In this document: piece by piece, positions 1 to 11,671 of the stretch
Numbering within the stretch: position 1 is the first letter of the stretch
Layout: the number at the start of each line of letters is the position of its first letter
From: Polyangiales bacterium
GTDB taxonomy: Bacteria > Myxococcota_A > Polyangia > Polyangiales > JADJQN01
Assembly (NCBI GenBank): GCA_964202905.1
Contig: CAXNJO010000004.1
Location: 128,001-192,000 of the forward strand
DNA: 64,000 bases
Direction: 5' to 3'
Translations under genes and position numbers: made by a program
The notes under the pieces: model-generated
Databases searched by the model: none
Told to the model about the DNA's origin: nothing
Seen by the model: the letters and a program-made list of their open reading frames with translations, nothing else

Positions 1-326
1 AGCTCGCGACCTTGCAGGTGCCGGAGGTCTTCGAGCCCCACGTCCTCACGTGGTTCTTCGGCAGCGAGCACGTGCCCGGCGGCGGGCGCGAGGGGGCCAA
101 CCGCTGGCGCATGCGGGACGCGGCGCTCGATGCTGCGCTCGAGCGCGGACGCGCGACGCCGGACCGCGCCGCGCGCATCGCCGCGTACGGGGACGCCCAG
201 CGCGTCCTCGCGGCGCAACTCCCGGTGATCCCGCTCTGGCATGAGGACGTGGTCGCCGTCACGGGCGCGCGCGCGGCCGCGTTCGACGTGCCGCGCGACG
301 GGCGTTTCGCGACGCTGGCGGACTGA
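1..326 (+). CDS. ABC transporter substrate-binding protein (peptide/nickel family 5), 3' end only
   Basis: C-terminal pattern ANRWRMRDAALDAALERGR...RIAAYGDAQRVLAAQLPVIPLWH typical of family 5 SBPs; truncated by window start. Confidence 0.75.
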   Translation, partial: LATLQVPEVFEPHVLTWFFGSEHVPGGGREGANRWRMRDAALDAALERGRATPDRAARIAAYGDAQRVLAAQLPVIPLWHEDVVAVTGARAAAFDVPRDGRFATLAD

Positions 327-443
327 TCGCCGCGCACCGGGCGCCGCGCGCGGCTCTCGTCGTGCCGCGCTCCGGGCGACGGACGCGAAGGAGGCGCCGC
401 GACGACATCGGGCGCCTCCGGAAGTGCGCGGGCCTGTCTGTAC

Positions 444-1040
444 TCAGACGCGCGACGAGACGACGTCCCAGTCGACGTTCGCGAAGAAATCGTCGAGGTA
501 CTTCGCGCGCTCGGTGGGCTTGAGGTAGACGCTCCAGGCGTGCTCCCAGAGGTCGAGCACGAGCACCGGGCGCCCGCCCGCGGGGTGTCCCACGTCGTGG
601 CGATCGATCCAGTAGTTGTCGAACTGCTGCCGCGACGCGTCGAAGTACGTGATGGCCCAGCCCACGCCCGGCGCCTTGGCCGTGCCGAGCAGGTCCGCCT
701 TCCACGTGTCGAAGTCACCGAACTGCCGGCTCACGGCCTCTGCGAACTTCGACTCCTTGCCGACGCCGCGGCCACCGGGCGCGAGGTTATCGAAGTACAA
801 CTCGTGCAGCAGCACGCCGTTGTGCTCCCAGCCGGCCCGACGCTTCAACTCCTGGTACTCGGCCGTGCCGGACTTGCCATCGGCGAGCATCGCCGCGACC
901 GTCTCATTGAGCTTGTTCGAGCGGTTCACGTAGCCGTTGTAGAGGGTGAGATGCACCGACATCTGGTCGTCGGTGATCGCCTGAAGGCCCTTCAACGCCG
1001 AGTAGTCCTTCGCCACGTACTTCGTCGGGGTCCACGTCAT
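444..1040 (-). CDS. Fe/Mn superoxide dismutase (divergent)
   Basis: Metal-ligand motifs HLTLYNGYV, LHELYF, DLWEHAW; GVGWA; NVDWDVV C-terminus. Confidence 0.85.
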   Translation of the reverse strand: MTWTPTKYVAKDYSALKGLQAITDDQMSVHLTLYNGYVNRSNKLNETVAAMLADGKSGTAEYQELKRRAGWEHNGVLLHELYFDNLAPGGRGVGKESKFAEAVSRQFGDFDTWKADLLGTAKAPGVGWAITYFDASRQQFDNYWIDRHDVGHPAGGRPVLVLDLWEHAWSVYLKPTERAKYLDDFFANVDWDVVSSRV

Positions 1041-1135
1041 CTTCTTCGTCCTCCGCTGCTGCGCTGCTGGGGTCGCGAAGCTAGCACGGGAAGTCCCCGG
1101 GCAGCCCCGCGCGCGGGCTGCTACGGTCCGCCGCG

Positions 1136-2443
1136 ATGATCCTCCGGGACCCCGTGCACGGGCTCGTTGCCTTCGAGGGGCTCGCCGAGCCCATCGTCAC
1201 CGCGCTGCTCGACACGCGCGAGGTGCAGCGTTTGCGCCGCGTCCGCCAGCTCGGGCTCACCTCGGTCGTCTTTCCGGGGGCCGAGCACTCGCGTTTCGCG
1301 CACGCCGTCGGCGCCGCGCACGTGATGGTGCGGCTCCTCGCGCGGCTCGCCGAGGTCGCGCACGACCTCCCCGCCGACGAGCGGATCGACGACGAGGCCG
1401 CCCGCGACGCGCTCGCCGCTGCGCTGCTGCACGACCTCGGCCACGGCCCGTTCTCGCACCTCTTCGAAGAGGTCATGCCGGGGGCGCGGCACCACGAGGC
1501 GTGGACGGTCGACGTCGTGCGCGATTCTGCGACCGACGTGCACCGCGCCCTCGCCGGGTTCGATCCCGCGATGCCCGAGCGCGTCGCCGGGCTCCTCGAG
1601 GGCCACTACCGCCTCGGTTATCTCGCGCGCGCCGTCAGCGGCACGCTCGACGTCGACCGCTGCGACTACCTGCTGCGCGACAGCCACATGACCGGCGTCC
1701 GCTACGGCATCTACGACCTCGACTGGCTGCTCCGCGCGTTGGCCTTCGGTACGGCGCCGTGCGGCGAGCGCGTGATCGCGATCGAGGGGCGCAAGGGCCT
1801 GCCGCCGATCGAGGGGTTCTTCCTTGCGCGGCATTTCATGTTTCAGCAGGTCTATCACCACAAGGCCACGCGCGGCGCCGAGGCGCTCATCCGCGGATTG
1901 TTTCTCCGGCTGGGCGAGCTCGTCCGCGACGGCGCTGCACCCGAGGGCACCCCGCTCGCGATGGCGTGCGCCGCACGCGGCGAGCCGATGTCGCTCGGCG
2001 ACTACCTCGCGCTCGACGACTCGGTCCTGCTGCACGGGTTCTCTTGTTGGGCCGAGTCCGACGACCCGACGCTGCGTGAGCTCGCGCGCGCGGTGGTGGT
2101 TCGCCGCCTCCCGAAGACGCTCCCTCTCCCCGAGGACGAGGGCGCAGCGCCCCGCTGGGCCGAGGCGCTCGAGCGGGCCCGCGGGATTGCGCGTCGACAC
2201 GGCCTCCGCCCGGAGTTGAGCGTCTTCCTCGACGTCCCGCGCGACACGCCTTACGAGGAGCCGAGCGACGACTCCGCCGATGGGCTCTGGGTGTTGCTCC
2301 GGCACCAACCGATCCGCAGGCTCGGCGACGTATCCTTCCTTCTTGGGCAACTGCGCAACGCGCACGCGATCCGGCCCCGTCTCGTCTTCCCCGCGGCGCT
2401 CCGTGACGAGGTCGTGGCGGCCGTCGGCGAGGTACTGGTATGA
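1136..2443 (+). CDS. HD-domain phosphohydrolase (YwfO/SAMHD1-like dNTPase family)
   Basis: RDPVHG, QRLRRVRQLG, HSRFAHAVG, LLHDLGHGPFSH, DVDRCDYLLRDS, VYHHK motifs. Confidence 0.88.
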   Translation: MILRDPVHGLVAFEGLAEPIVTALLDTREVQRLRRVRQLGLTSVVFPGAEHSRFAHAVGAAHVMVRLLARLAEVAHDLPADERIDDEAARDALAAALLHDLGHGPFSHLFEEVMPGARHHEAWTVDVVRDSATDVHRALAGFDPAMPERVAGLLEGHYRLGYLARAVSGTLDVDRCDYLLRDSHMTGVRYGIYDLDWLLRALAFGTAPCGERVIAIEGRKGLPPIEGFFLARHFMFQQVYHHKATRGAEALIRGLFLRLGELVRDGAAPEGTPLAMACAARGEPMSLGDYLALDDSVLLHGFSCWAESDDPTLRELARAVVVRRLPKTLPLPEDEGAAPRWAEALERARGIARRHGLRPELSVFLDVPRDTPYEEPSDDSADGLWVLLRHQPIRRLGDVSFLLGQLRNAHAIRPRLVFPAALRDEVVAAVGEVLV

Positions 2444-3477
2444 GCCCACTCGCACGCAGCGCGCTCTTTGCCGGCCTCGCGGCGACGGCGGCCGCGCTCA
2501 TCGCCCCGGCAGTGGCCCGCGCCCAGCGGCGTCCGCGCGGCATGCCGCTCGAGGCGACGCCGGGTGTCGTCGCGGCGTTGACCCCGTGGACCCCCGCGGA
2601 TCCGCCGGGCGATCCGCGCTACCTTCGCGTCCTGACGCTGCGCACGACCACCTGGACGGACGCGGAGGTCGTGGCCGACCGTCGGCTGCTCCGATTCGAT
2701 GTGAGCGACCCGGCGTCCCCGCGCGCGAGACCGCTTCCCTGCGTGCACCCGGCCGCGCCGCGCTTTCGGCCCGATTCGCCGCGCGTGCGTGCGCTCGGCG
2801 GTGCGGCCTCCTACCGCGAGTGGATCGATCTCCGCATGTATTGCAGCGGTCGAGCCCTCGACCGCCTCGAGCGCGGTGGCCGCGCCGTGGCGCGTTACGG
2901 CCATGCGCGCGGGCCGCGTCGCGCGTGGGTCGCGCGGCCGCGCGGCGGTGCGGCCGATGTGGCGGTCGCGACCTTGGCCGCGGGCGAGATCGTCTTGTCG
3001 GCGCGGACCGCGCCCACGAACGCGGCGCCCGCACCCGAGGCGCGCGTGACGCTCGCGTCCGTCACCCGCGCGACCGGAGACGTGCTCGCGCTCGAGGTCG
3101 GCGTGCGTGCGACGTCGGGCGCGCGCGTCGTCTACCTCCGCCACGACTTCGCGCGGTTCCGCGTACGCGGGCCGCTCGGCGCGCTCGAGTGCGGTCTCGA
3201 GCCGACGCCTCTTGCGCCGATCGTCGATCTCTTCCGCCCGGTCTCGGCGCGTGCGGCCGCGACGATTCGCGTCGATGCGCGACAGGCGTGCCGCGGCGCC
3301 TTCCCGATCGCGGGCATTTACGAAGTCACCCCCGTCGTCGCGCTCCCGTGGGCGTTTCCGGGGGATGCCGCGCGCGCGATCACCGGGGAGTACGTGGGCG
3401 AGCCCGCCGTCGTCCGCATCACCGAGGGGGACCGCGGCTACGTCGAGCACATCCCCGACGGAGCGTCCGCGCCATGA
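2440..3477 (+). CDS. Hypothetical exported protein
   Basis: ATGA overlap with upstream stop; N-terminal signal peptide ending ARA; several Cys; no recognised domain. Confidence 0.6.
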   Translation: MSPLARSALFAGLAATAAALIAPAVARAQRRPRGMPLEATPGVVAALTPWTPADPPGDPRYLRVLTLRTTTWTDAEVVADRRLLRFDVSDPASPRARPLPCVHPAAPRFRPDSPRVRALGGAASYREWIDLRMYCSGRALDRLERGGRAVARYGHARGPRRAWVARPRGGAADVAVATLAAGEIVLSARTAPTNAAPAPEARVTLASVTRATGDVLALEVGVRATSGARVVYLRHDFARFRVRGPLGALECGLEPTPLAPIVDLFRPVSARAAATIRVDARQACRGAFPIAGIYEVTPVVALPWAFPGDAARAITGEYVGEPAVVRITEGDRGYVEHIPDGASAP

Positions 3478-3701
3478 ACGATCGCGTCGCACGTCTGCTC
3501 GCGGGGGCGGCTCTCGCCGTCGCCCTGGTCGCGCTGGTCGTGGCGTCGTACGCGGTGTCGATCGCCTCGCAGGGGCGCGAGGATGTGCGTCGCCTCGGGG
3601 AGTCCTTGTCACGCGCGCTCGAGATCGGTGCGCCCGGTCGCTCCGCGCTCGAACTCCCGCTGCGTGCGCCGCGCCCACAGCTCGATCCCGACGATCGCTG
3701 A
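3474..3701 (+). CDS. Small hypothetical single-TM protein (75 aa)
   Basis: ATG at 3474 overlaps upstream TGA; MNDRVARLLAGAALAVALVALVVASYAVSI hydrophobic segment; tail of track ORF 2280..3701. Confidence 0.6.
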   Translation: MNDRVARLLAGAALAVALVALVVASYAVSIASQGREDVRRLGESLSRALEIGAPGRSALELPLRAPRPQLDPDDR

Positions 3702-3743
3702 CCGCCGCGTTCGCCGCCCATCACCCGCTGAACCCCAAGGAAA

Positions 3744-5102
3744 ATGGCACGAATCCTCGTCGTCGACGATCAACGCAACATGAGGACCACGCTCGCCATG
3801 ATGTTGCGAGGCGCGGGCCACGAGGTGGAGGAGGCGGCCGACGGAGACGCCGCGATCGCGCGCCTCGGCGCGGAGGTCATCGACCTCGTCCTCACGGACC
3901 TCAAGATGGGCGCGCGGGACGGCATGGACGTCCTCCGCCACGCGCGCGACGTCGCGCCGCTCACCGAGGTCATCGTGATGACGGCGTACGGCACGATCGA
4001 GAGCGCCGTCGAGGCGATGCGCATCGGCGCGTACGACTACATCCAGAAGCCGTTCACCGAGGAGGAACTCCTCGTGAAGGTCCAGCGGGCCGTCGAGAAG
4101 CGGAACCTCGCGGGGCAGGTGAGCGCGATGGCGACCGAGTTCCGCGAGCGCTTCCGCTTCGAGAACATCATCGGCCGCAGCAGCGCGGTGCGCGACGTGC
4201 TCGGGCGCATCGTGCGCATCGCGCCCACCGACGCGACCGTCCTCATCACGGGCGAGAGCGGCACGGGCAAGGAACTCATCGCGCGTGCCGTGCACGCCAA
4301 TTCTGCGCGCGCCGATCGCCCCTTCATCACCGTCAACTGCGCGGCGATCACCGAGACGCTCCTCGAGAGCGAGCTCTTCGGCCACGCGCGCGGCGCGTTC
4401 ACCGGCGCCGTCGCCGCGCGCAAAGGCCTCTTCGAAGAGGCCAACGGCGGCACGTTCTTCTTCGACGAGGTCGGCGAGACGACCATCTCCTTTCAGGCGA
4501 AGCTGCTCCGCGCGATCCAGGAGGGCGAGATCCGCAGGCTCGGTGAGAACAAGCCGGTCCGTGTCGACGTGCGGATCATCGCCGCCACCAACCAGGATCT
4601 ACAGGCGGCGATCAGCGAGAAGCGTTTCCGCCAGGACCTCTATTACCGAATCAACGTCGCGCGCTTCATCCTGCCGCCGCTGCGCGAGCGCCGCGAAGAC
4701 CTCCCACTCCTCGTCGACTACTTCCTCGAGAAATACGGGCGCAAGATGAGGCGTACCGTGCGGATGGGGGAGGGCGTCCTCGACTACCTCCTGCAGTACG
4801 ACTACCCCGGCAACATCCGCGAACTCGAGAACATGATCGAGCAGGGCGTCGCGCTCACGGTCGACGGCGTGATGCGTCGCGACGACATCATCCCGCCCGA
4901 CCTCGTCGCGCCGCGCACGACCGGCGCGATGGCCGACACGGGGCGCTCGCTGCAAGACGCCGTCGACCGCGCTGAGCGCGCGGCGATCGAGGCGGTCCTG
5001 CATGACGTCGAGGGCAACAAAGAGCGCGCGGCCGAGCTGCTGGGCCTCAGCGCCACGACGCTCTGGCGAAAGATGAAGCGCCTGAACGTCGTCTGGCCCT
5101 GA
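3744..5102 (+). CDS. Sigma54-dependent response regulator (NtrC/AtoC family)
   Basis: Receiver (LVVDD, TDLKM, KPF), Walker A GESGTGKE, GAFTGA, PGNIREL, Fis HTH; AAGGA RBS. Confidence 0.95.
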   Translation: MARILVVDDQRNMRTTLAMMLRGAGHEVEEAADGDAAIARLGAEVIDLVLTDLKMGARDGMDVLRHARDVAPLTEVIVMTAYGTIESAVEAMRIGAYDYIQKPFTEEELLVKVQRAVEKRNLAGQVSAMATEFRERFRFENIIGRSSAVRDVLGRIVRIAPTDATVLITGESGTGKELIARAVHANSARADRPFITVNCAAITETLLESELFGHARGAFTGAVAARKGLFEEANGGTFFFDEVGETTISFQAKLLRAIQEGEIRRLGENKPVRVDVRIIAATNQDLQAAISEKRFRQDLYYRINVARFILPPLRERREDLPLLVDYFLEKYGRKMRRTVRMGEGVLDYLLQYDYPGNIRELENMIEQGVALTVDGVMRRDDIIPPDLVAPRTTGAMADTGRSLQDAVDRAERAAIEAVLHDVEGNKERAAELLGLSATTLWRKMKRLNVVWP

Positions 5103-5130
5103 CCGCATCGAGCGGCTGCCGCGTTCGTGC

Positions 5131-5150
5131 GGCGCGGGACCGTCCGCGCC
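5131..5150. terminator. Possible hairpin between convergent genes
   Basis: GGCGCGG...CCGCGCC inverted repeat; no U-tract; could be chance in high-GC DNA. Confidence 0.25.
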
Positions 5151-5183
5151 CGGCGCCCGCGACGTCGTGCTGGCGCCGCGGCG

Positions 5184-6596
<1,413 letters not shown>

Positions 6597-6609
6597 GGCT
6601 CGGCCTGCT

Positions 6610-7200
6610 TCATGGTTGGGTCACGCGGGCGGCCCCGGGGGCGCGCGGCGCGAGGGGCACTCGGAATTCGCCGCGCACCGTGACGGGCACGCCATCCCGT
6701 ATTGTCGTCTGCGTGAACGTCCCCGAGATCGCGCCGGCGCCGACATCCGGCGGCGAGAAGGCTGTGACGCGCACCTCGCCGCGTCCGCCGCTCAGTACGG
6801 TGCCGTCCGCGAGGCGCGTCTCGACTTGCGCGCCGGGGCACCGCGTCGCGTCGAGGGAGAGCGTGCCCGCTTCACGCACGGCGAGCGTCAGCGCGACCTC
6901 GCGAACGGCCCCCCGCGTCTGGCGCGCGGTCGCCCGGACGCGGAGCGCGCGCGAACAGTCGCCGCGGAGCGCGTCGCCGCCGTCGAGCAGCGCGACGTCG
7001 CGGGAAGAGATCGGCAGGAACGCCCGCCCTGAAAGGCCCCCCTGCGCCTCGATCGCCGTGTATTCGACGCGTACACCGCTGCGCGCGCTCTGCGCATGAA
7101 CGCCCCAGTCGTGCGCGAGGAAGAGGGCGACGACGAGCATGGAGACGAGCGCGCGGAGCGCGGACTGACGCGAGGCCGCGGCGTCGACGAGTCCGCTCAC
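6610..7200 (-). CDS. Hypothetical exported beta-rich protein
   Basis: GTG at 7200 overlaps lysC stop (alternative ATG 7140); hydrophobic N-terminus; ISGTF-like beta motif. Confidence 0.55.
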   Translation of the reverse strand: MSGLVDAAASRQSALRALVSMLVVALFLAHDWGVHAQSARSGVRVEYTAIEAQGGLSGRAFLPISSRDVALLDGGDALRGDCSRALRVRATARQTRGAVREVALTLAVREAGTLSLDATRCPGAQVETRLADGTVLSGGRGEVRVTAFSPPDVGAGAISGTFTQTTIRDGVPVTVRGEFRVPLAPRAPGAARVTQP

Positions 7201-8381
7201 GCGCGCCCCCCGGGAGAGGTGACGAGCGCCGCGTGCAGGGCGCGCACCGTGTCGTCGGCCTCCTGCTCGGCGACCAGGAAGGCGATCCGCCACGGCGTCG
7301 TCACGGTGCGCTGCGCCGCGACGCGGGCGTCCGAGAGCGCAGCGCACGCGCGCCTGAGCGCGTCGGCGTTCCGGCCCACCGCGTCGCCCACCACCGACAC
7401 CATCGCAAATCCCTCGTCGATGCGCGCCCCAGTTCCGCAGGCCTGCGCGATCGCGTGACGTCCTGCGCTCCAGTCGGGCGTCGCGCCGATCTGCACCAGG
7501 AATTGGGCGCCTTCCGTGGCCGCCTCCACATCGCGCGGGTCGACCTGTGAGCCGATGCAGGCCGAGAGCGCGCGGTCCAGCGCCCCCGCGCTCCCGTCGA
7601 TCGATACGCGCGCGAGCCCCCTCTGCGCGGTGATCGTGCGGGACGCGGAGTGGTCCGCCGTGACGATGCTCTCCCGCCCCACATCGAAGGTCGAGCGCGC
7701 GTGGATGGCGATCTTCGCGCGCCTCGCGAACTCGACGGCCGTCGCGTTGAGCACCTTCGCCCCCGCCTCGGCCATCTCCTGCATCTCCTCGTAGGACAGC
7801 CGCGCGAGGTGCTGCGCGTCGGGCACCACGCGCGGGTCGGCCGTGTAAATGCCGTCCACATCGCTGTAGATCTCCGCGCGCTCGGCGCCGAGCGCTGCTG
7901 CCAGCGCGATCGCCGTCGTGTCGCTGCCGCCCCGGCCGAGCGTCGTGATCTCGCGCCGGTAGCTCATGCCCTGATAGCCCGCGACGATCACGACCCGGCC
8001 CCGCGCAAGCTCATCCTCGATGCGGTGCGGGCGCACCTCGAGGATGCGCGCGTCGAAGTGCCGGTCGTTCGTGATGATCCCGCTCTGCGAGCCTGTGAAC
8101 GAGATCGCGGGCGCGCCGCGCTTCTGGATGGCCATCGAGAGGAGCGCCATCGACACGCGCTCGCCGGTGCTGAGAAGCATGTCGAGCTCTCGACGCGGAG
8201 GGCTCTCGTCGACCTGCTTCGCCAGTGCGAGGAGTTGATCCGTCGACTTCCCCATCGCGGAGACCACGACGACCACGTCGTCCCCCGCGCTTCGCGCTGC
8301 GACGACCTTGTCCGCGACGCGCCCGAGTTTCTCGACGTCGGCGACGGAACTACCTCCGTACTTCTGCACCACGATGGCCAT
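7197..8381 (-). CDS. lysC: Aspartate kinase
   Basis: [44 protein letters not shown]-like C-terminus. Confidence 0.93.
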   Translation of the reverse strand: MAIVVQKYGGSSVADVEKLGRVADKVVAARSAGDDVVVVVSAMGKSTDQLLALAKQVDESPPRRELDMLLSTGERVSMALLSMAIQKRGAPAISFTGSQSGIITNDRHFDARILEVRPHRIEDELARGRVVIVAGYQGMSYRREITTLGRGGSDTTAIALAAALGAERAEIYSDVDGIYTADPRVVPDAQHLARLSYEEMQEMAEAGAKVLNATAVEFARRAKIAIHARSTFDVGRESIVTADHSASRTITAQRGLARVSIDGSAGALDRALSACIGSQVDPRDVEAATEGAQFLVQIGATPDWSAGRHAIAQACGTGARIDEGFAMVSVVGDAVGRNADALRRACAALSDARVAAQRTVTTPWRIAFLVAEQEADDTVRALHAALVTSPGGRA

Positions 8382-8462
8382 GTCCCGAGCCTCCCACCGA
8401 TGCGGGCCATCCCGGCCCTCGCCTCTGCGTCAGCGCTCACCGGACGCGCGCCCTCATCCAAC

Positions 8463-9872
8463 TCACTCGGCTGCGCTGGAAGCCGCCGCCGCAGGTGCCG
8501 CGCTGCGGGCCGGAGCCTGCTCGTCCAATTGTGTGCGTGCTAGTCGCGCGCGCGCCGCGTACGTGGGCGAGCGTTCGGCTCGCGCCAGCCAGGAGCGCGC
8601 CCGCGTGGGATCCCCAACCCGTCGGTAGAGTTCGGCAAGCTCGAGCATCGCCTCCGGGGCTCGGTCGTACGAGGGGTGCCCCGACAACAGGGCCTCGTAG
8701 CCCGCGATGGCCGGCCGAATCGCGCCCGCGCGAGATTGACCTCGCGCTGCTGCGTGGAGCGCCGCCGGCGTCGTCGTGGACGGTGCAGGCGCTGCGGCCG
8801 GAACGGGCGCCGACGGGCTTGCCGATGTCGCGCTCGGCATCGCGCCGACGCCAGAGGGCGCAAGACGCGCCGGCGACACCGCGCGCCGCGAGGCCACCTC
8901 GGTGTCGAGCCGGGCCATCGGTGCCGCCGCCTCGCGGTCGAGGGCGGGCGTGGTCTGAGCGACGGGAGACGGGGCCGGGATGCCCGCCGAAGCGGAGTCG
9001 CTTGCCCGCGTGCGTACACCGCCGACCCCTTCGGTCGCGTCGGCGCGCTCCTCAGCCGCCGCGAGCGCCCCGGCGCCCCCCCCGCCGAGGGCGTCGGGGA
9101 GGGAGGGCTCCGCGCGCAGCGAGACCACAGAACGTGAGGCCTCCTGCGCGAGCGCGGCGGTCAGCTCGTCGTTGGCGTCCGGCGGGGGCAGGGCCGGAGC
9201 CGCCGTCACCGCGCCCGGGATGAGTGCCACCGCCGGTGGAGCCGCCGGGAGCAGCGCGGCGAGCGTATCTTCGACGGCCATTGCGCCGGTCGAAGCGGGC
9301 CGCGCCGGCGTTCTCTCCGGCATGACCTCGGCGGCGGGCTGGAGCCGATTCGTCCGGGCATCGATCCGCAAATCAAGCGGTGCCGCGGGCTCGAGCGCCG
9401 CTGACGGTCCTGCCTCATCCCCCGGATCCGCGTTCACGATCGCCCCGCCCGGCACCTGCGGGGACTGTCGAATCCCCGGCAGATAATAGAGGCCCACCCC
9501 GACCATCAACATCAGCACCATGGCCATGGCCACCTGTGGCCCGAGCACGAAGCCGGAGAGCCAGGCCATGAAGCGCGAGAACCCGTTCGACGCCTCGGCC
9601 CCCGGCGCCTGCGTGCCACCCACCGCGCCGACCTGCCGCGCCGCAGGCGCTCGGCCCGCGCGGACCCGAGCCATCACCGCGTCATGCACGTGTCGAGGCA
9701 CCGCCTCGACGGGCAACGCCTTTGCGAGCCGCATCCCGCCACTGATCCGCGCTGCCTGGGCGCGGCACGCTGCGCAGCCATCGACGTGCGCGCGCAGCGG
9801 GGCCGCGGCGTCCGCTTGCAGCGAACCACCGACCAGATCGAGGAGCTGGGACTGGACGATCTCGCAGTTCAT
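8463..9872 (-). CDS. Zinc-binding (zf-HC2/ZAS) transmembrane anti-sigma factor with C-terminal TPR-like region
   Basis: HVDGCAAC (HxxxCxxC), one TM helix, Ala/Pro linker, terminal TPR-like helices; directly downstream of ECF sigma. Confidence 0.8.
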   Translation of the reverse strand: MNCEIVQSQLLDLVGGSLQADAAAPLRAHVDGCAACRAQAARISGGMRLAKALPVEAVPRHVHDAVMARVRAGRAPAARQVGAVGGTQAPGAEASNGFSRFMAWLSGFVLGPQVAMAMVLMLMVGVGLYYLPGIRQSPQVPGGAIVNADPGDEAGPSAALEPAAPLDLRIDARTNRLQPAAEVMPERTPARPASTGAMAVEDTLAALLPAAPPAVALIPGAVTAAPALPPPDANDELTAALAQEASRSVVSLRAEPSLPDALGGGGAGALAAAEERADATEGVGGVRTRASDSASAGIPAPSPVAQTTPALDREAAAPMARLDTEVASRRAVSPARLAPSGVGAMPSATSASPSAPVPAAAPAPSTTTPAALHAAARGQSRAGAIRPAIAGYEALLSGHPSYDRAPEAMLELAELYRRVGDPTRARSWLARAERSPTYAARARLARTQLDEQAPARSAAPAAAASSAAE

Positions 9873-9923
9873 GACGACTTCTCACGGCCTGCGGCGGAAA
9901 GGCTGCCGCGACGCCATCGACCT

Positions 9924-10541
9924 CTATTCTTCCAGCTCAGCGACATAGTCCGCGTACTCGGCGAGCGCCTCCTGGAGACGCTCGAGCGCATACCGCATGC
10001 GACTCTTCACGGTGTTCTCCGGCACGCCCACGATCACGGCGATCTCCTTGAAGGGCATATGCTGCAACTCCCGCAGCAGGAACACCTCCCGCTGCTCGTC
10101 GGGCAAGGCCTCGACCGCCGCCGCGATGCGCGGTCGCAACTCCAGCGCGATCGTCGACCGGTCGGCCCCCGCGACGTGCCCCTCGGTGCGCTCGACCAGA
10201 GACGGGCCCTCGCCGTCCTCCCCGACCGTCGTCGCGTCGAGCGATTTGTGCCGTCGGAAGACCATCTTGCGGCTCTCGTCGATGCAGAGATTCCGCGCGA
10301 TGGTGTAGAGCCAGGTCGAGAACTTCGACTCTCCCTTGAACTCCCCGGCCCGCTCGACGACACGCAGGAAGGCATCCTGCAGCAACTCCTCCGACCGTGT
10401 CCGCTCGCCCACCTGACGCAGGATGAAGTTGAAAAGAGGCCGCTCGTAGCGGCTGAGCAACATCTCGAAGGCCTCCGCGTCCCCGGAACCGAACTGCCGC
10501 AGAAGCGTCTCGTCGGGCAGGTCGGATGCGCCCCGAGCCAC
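9924..10541 (-). CDS. ECF-family RNA polymerase sigma factor
   Basis: AFEMLLSRY, FSTWLYTIARN, LPDEQREVFLL, EIAVIVGVPENTVKSRMRYA; GTG at 10541 with GGAGG 7 nt upstream. Confidence 0.92.
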   Translation of the reverse strand: MARGASDLPDETLLRQFGSGDAEAFEMLLSRYERPLFNFILRQVGERTRSEELLQDAFLRVVERAGEFKGESKFSTWLYTIARNLCIDESRKMVFRRHKSLDATTVGEDGEGPSLVERTEGHVAGADRSTIALELRPRIAAAVEALPDEQREVFLLRELQHMPFKEIAVIVGVPENTVKSRMRYALERLQEALAEYADYVAELEE

Positions 10542-10760
10542 GTTCACGCCTCCCGGTAGCGCGGAACGCAATGTCCGACGCGAGGCAGAGAACCGATGCG
10601 GCGAGGTGCACGGGCGGTTCGACGCGCGACGGGGGACGTCGATCTGATGCGCTGCCTCCTCGGACGCATGGACCGCGCGAGTCTACCGGAACCGGTGTCG
10701 ACTGTCCCCGATTCCGATGGGACGCGCAGCGTCTCGTTCCCGCACCCCGGACGGCATGCG

Positions 10761-10789
10761 TTGACCGTCGCGGAGCGCCTTGCTATACC
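10761..10789 (+). promoter_or_regulatory. Sigma70-type promoter for the Glt-like operon
   Basis: TTGACC-N17-TATACC with extended -10 TG, about 120 nt upstream of ATG 10907. Confidence 0.6.
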
Positions 10790-10906
10790 CGGCGGCGATT
10801 CCAGTCGGGCGTGGGTCGGGCCCGCAGTCGCGGCCCTCGTCCATCAGGGGCCTCCCTGCCGGACACCCAGCCCTCAGCAGCCAAATCGTTCGGAAGGGGA
10901 GACTCC

Positions 10907-11671
10907 ATGCGCAGGGTGATGGCGCTGTCGTTGACGGTCGCGCTCATGACAGTCGCCGCGGGCAGTGCCGCGGCGCAGGATTTAAGGCCCGACACGACCA
11001 CCGGTCCGGTCACTGGAACGACGGAGACCTCCCCCCCCGCACCGGGTTCGTCCCCCGCGGCGGAGGCCGCGGCGACTCCGATGGACGCCGGGACGTACGC
11101 CGTCCGACTGCGTGATCTCGAGCAGCGAATCAACGAGTTGAAGGAGCAGATCTTCCGCTCGAAAGCTCGCTTGTCGTTGCTCGCCGAGACGGTGCTCAGC
11201 GGCACGATCGCCGGCGCTCAAGCGACCCTCGTCCACGAGAACCGCATGTCGTCGTCGTACAAGCTCGTGAAGGCGGTGTACGCCCTCGACGGCGCGCCAA
11301 TCTTCAACAAGGCCGACGAAAACGGCGAGCTTGGCGAGCGCGAGACCTTCGACATCTACAACGGTGCGATCGTCCCCGGCGAGCACACGCTCACCGTGAA
11401 CCTCGAGTACCGCGGCCACGGCTACGGAATCTTCTCGTATCTTCAAGGCTACCGTTTCAAGGTCCGCTCCAACTACAGCTTCACGGCCCCTGAGGGGCGC
11501 GGCGTCACGATTCGCGTGGTCGGGTACGAGAAGGGTGGCCCCACGGCTCCCCTCGAGGAGCGTCCCGCCATTCGCTACATCGAGCGCGTCGTGAACCGGG
11601 GTGCAGCGGCAGACAGCGAGGGGGCCGCCTCTCCGAGCACGCCTCCCGCGAGCGGCGGGGGCAACCCGTGA
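10907..11671 (+). CDS. Exported coiled-coil/beta-sandwich protein heading the Glt-like operon
   Basis: GGGGAG RBS, signal peptide ending AAA-Q, coiled coil LRDLEQRINELKEQIFRSKARL, then beta-rich domain. Confidence 0.75.
   Translation: MRRVMALSLTVALMTVAAGSAAAQDLRPDTTTGPVTGTTETSPPAPGSSPAAEAAATPMDAGTYAVRLRDLEQRINELKEQIFRSKARLSLLAETVLSGTIAGAQATLVHENRMSSSYKLVKAVYALDGAPIFNKADENGELGERETFDIYNGAIVPGEHTLTVNLEYRGHGYGIFSYLQGYRFKVRSNYSFTAPEGRGVTIRVVGYEKGGPTAPLEERPAIRYIERVVNRGAAADSEGAASPSTPPASGGGNP

Noticed and set aside
1136..2443. HD-domain gene as an anti-phage dNTPase
   Set aside because: Housekeeping context with no defence-island neighbours; family is widespread.
3745..3760. TGGCAC as a sigma54 -24 box
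   Set aside because: Lies within the first codons of the gene and lacks the -12 TTGC element.
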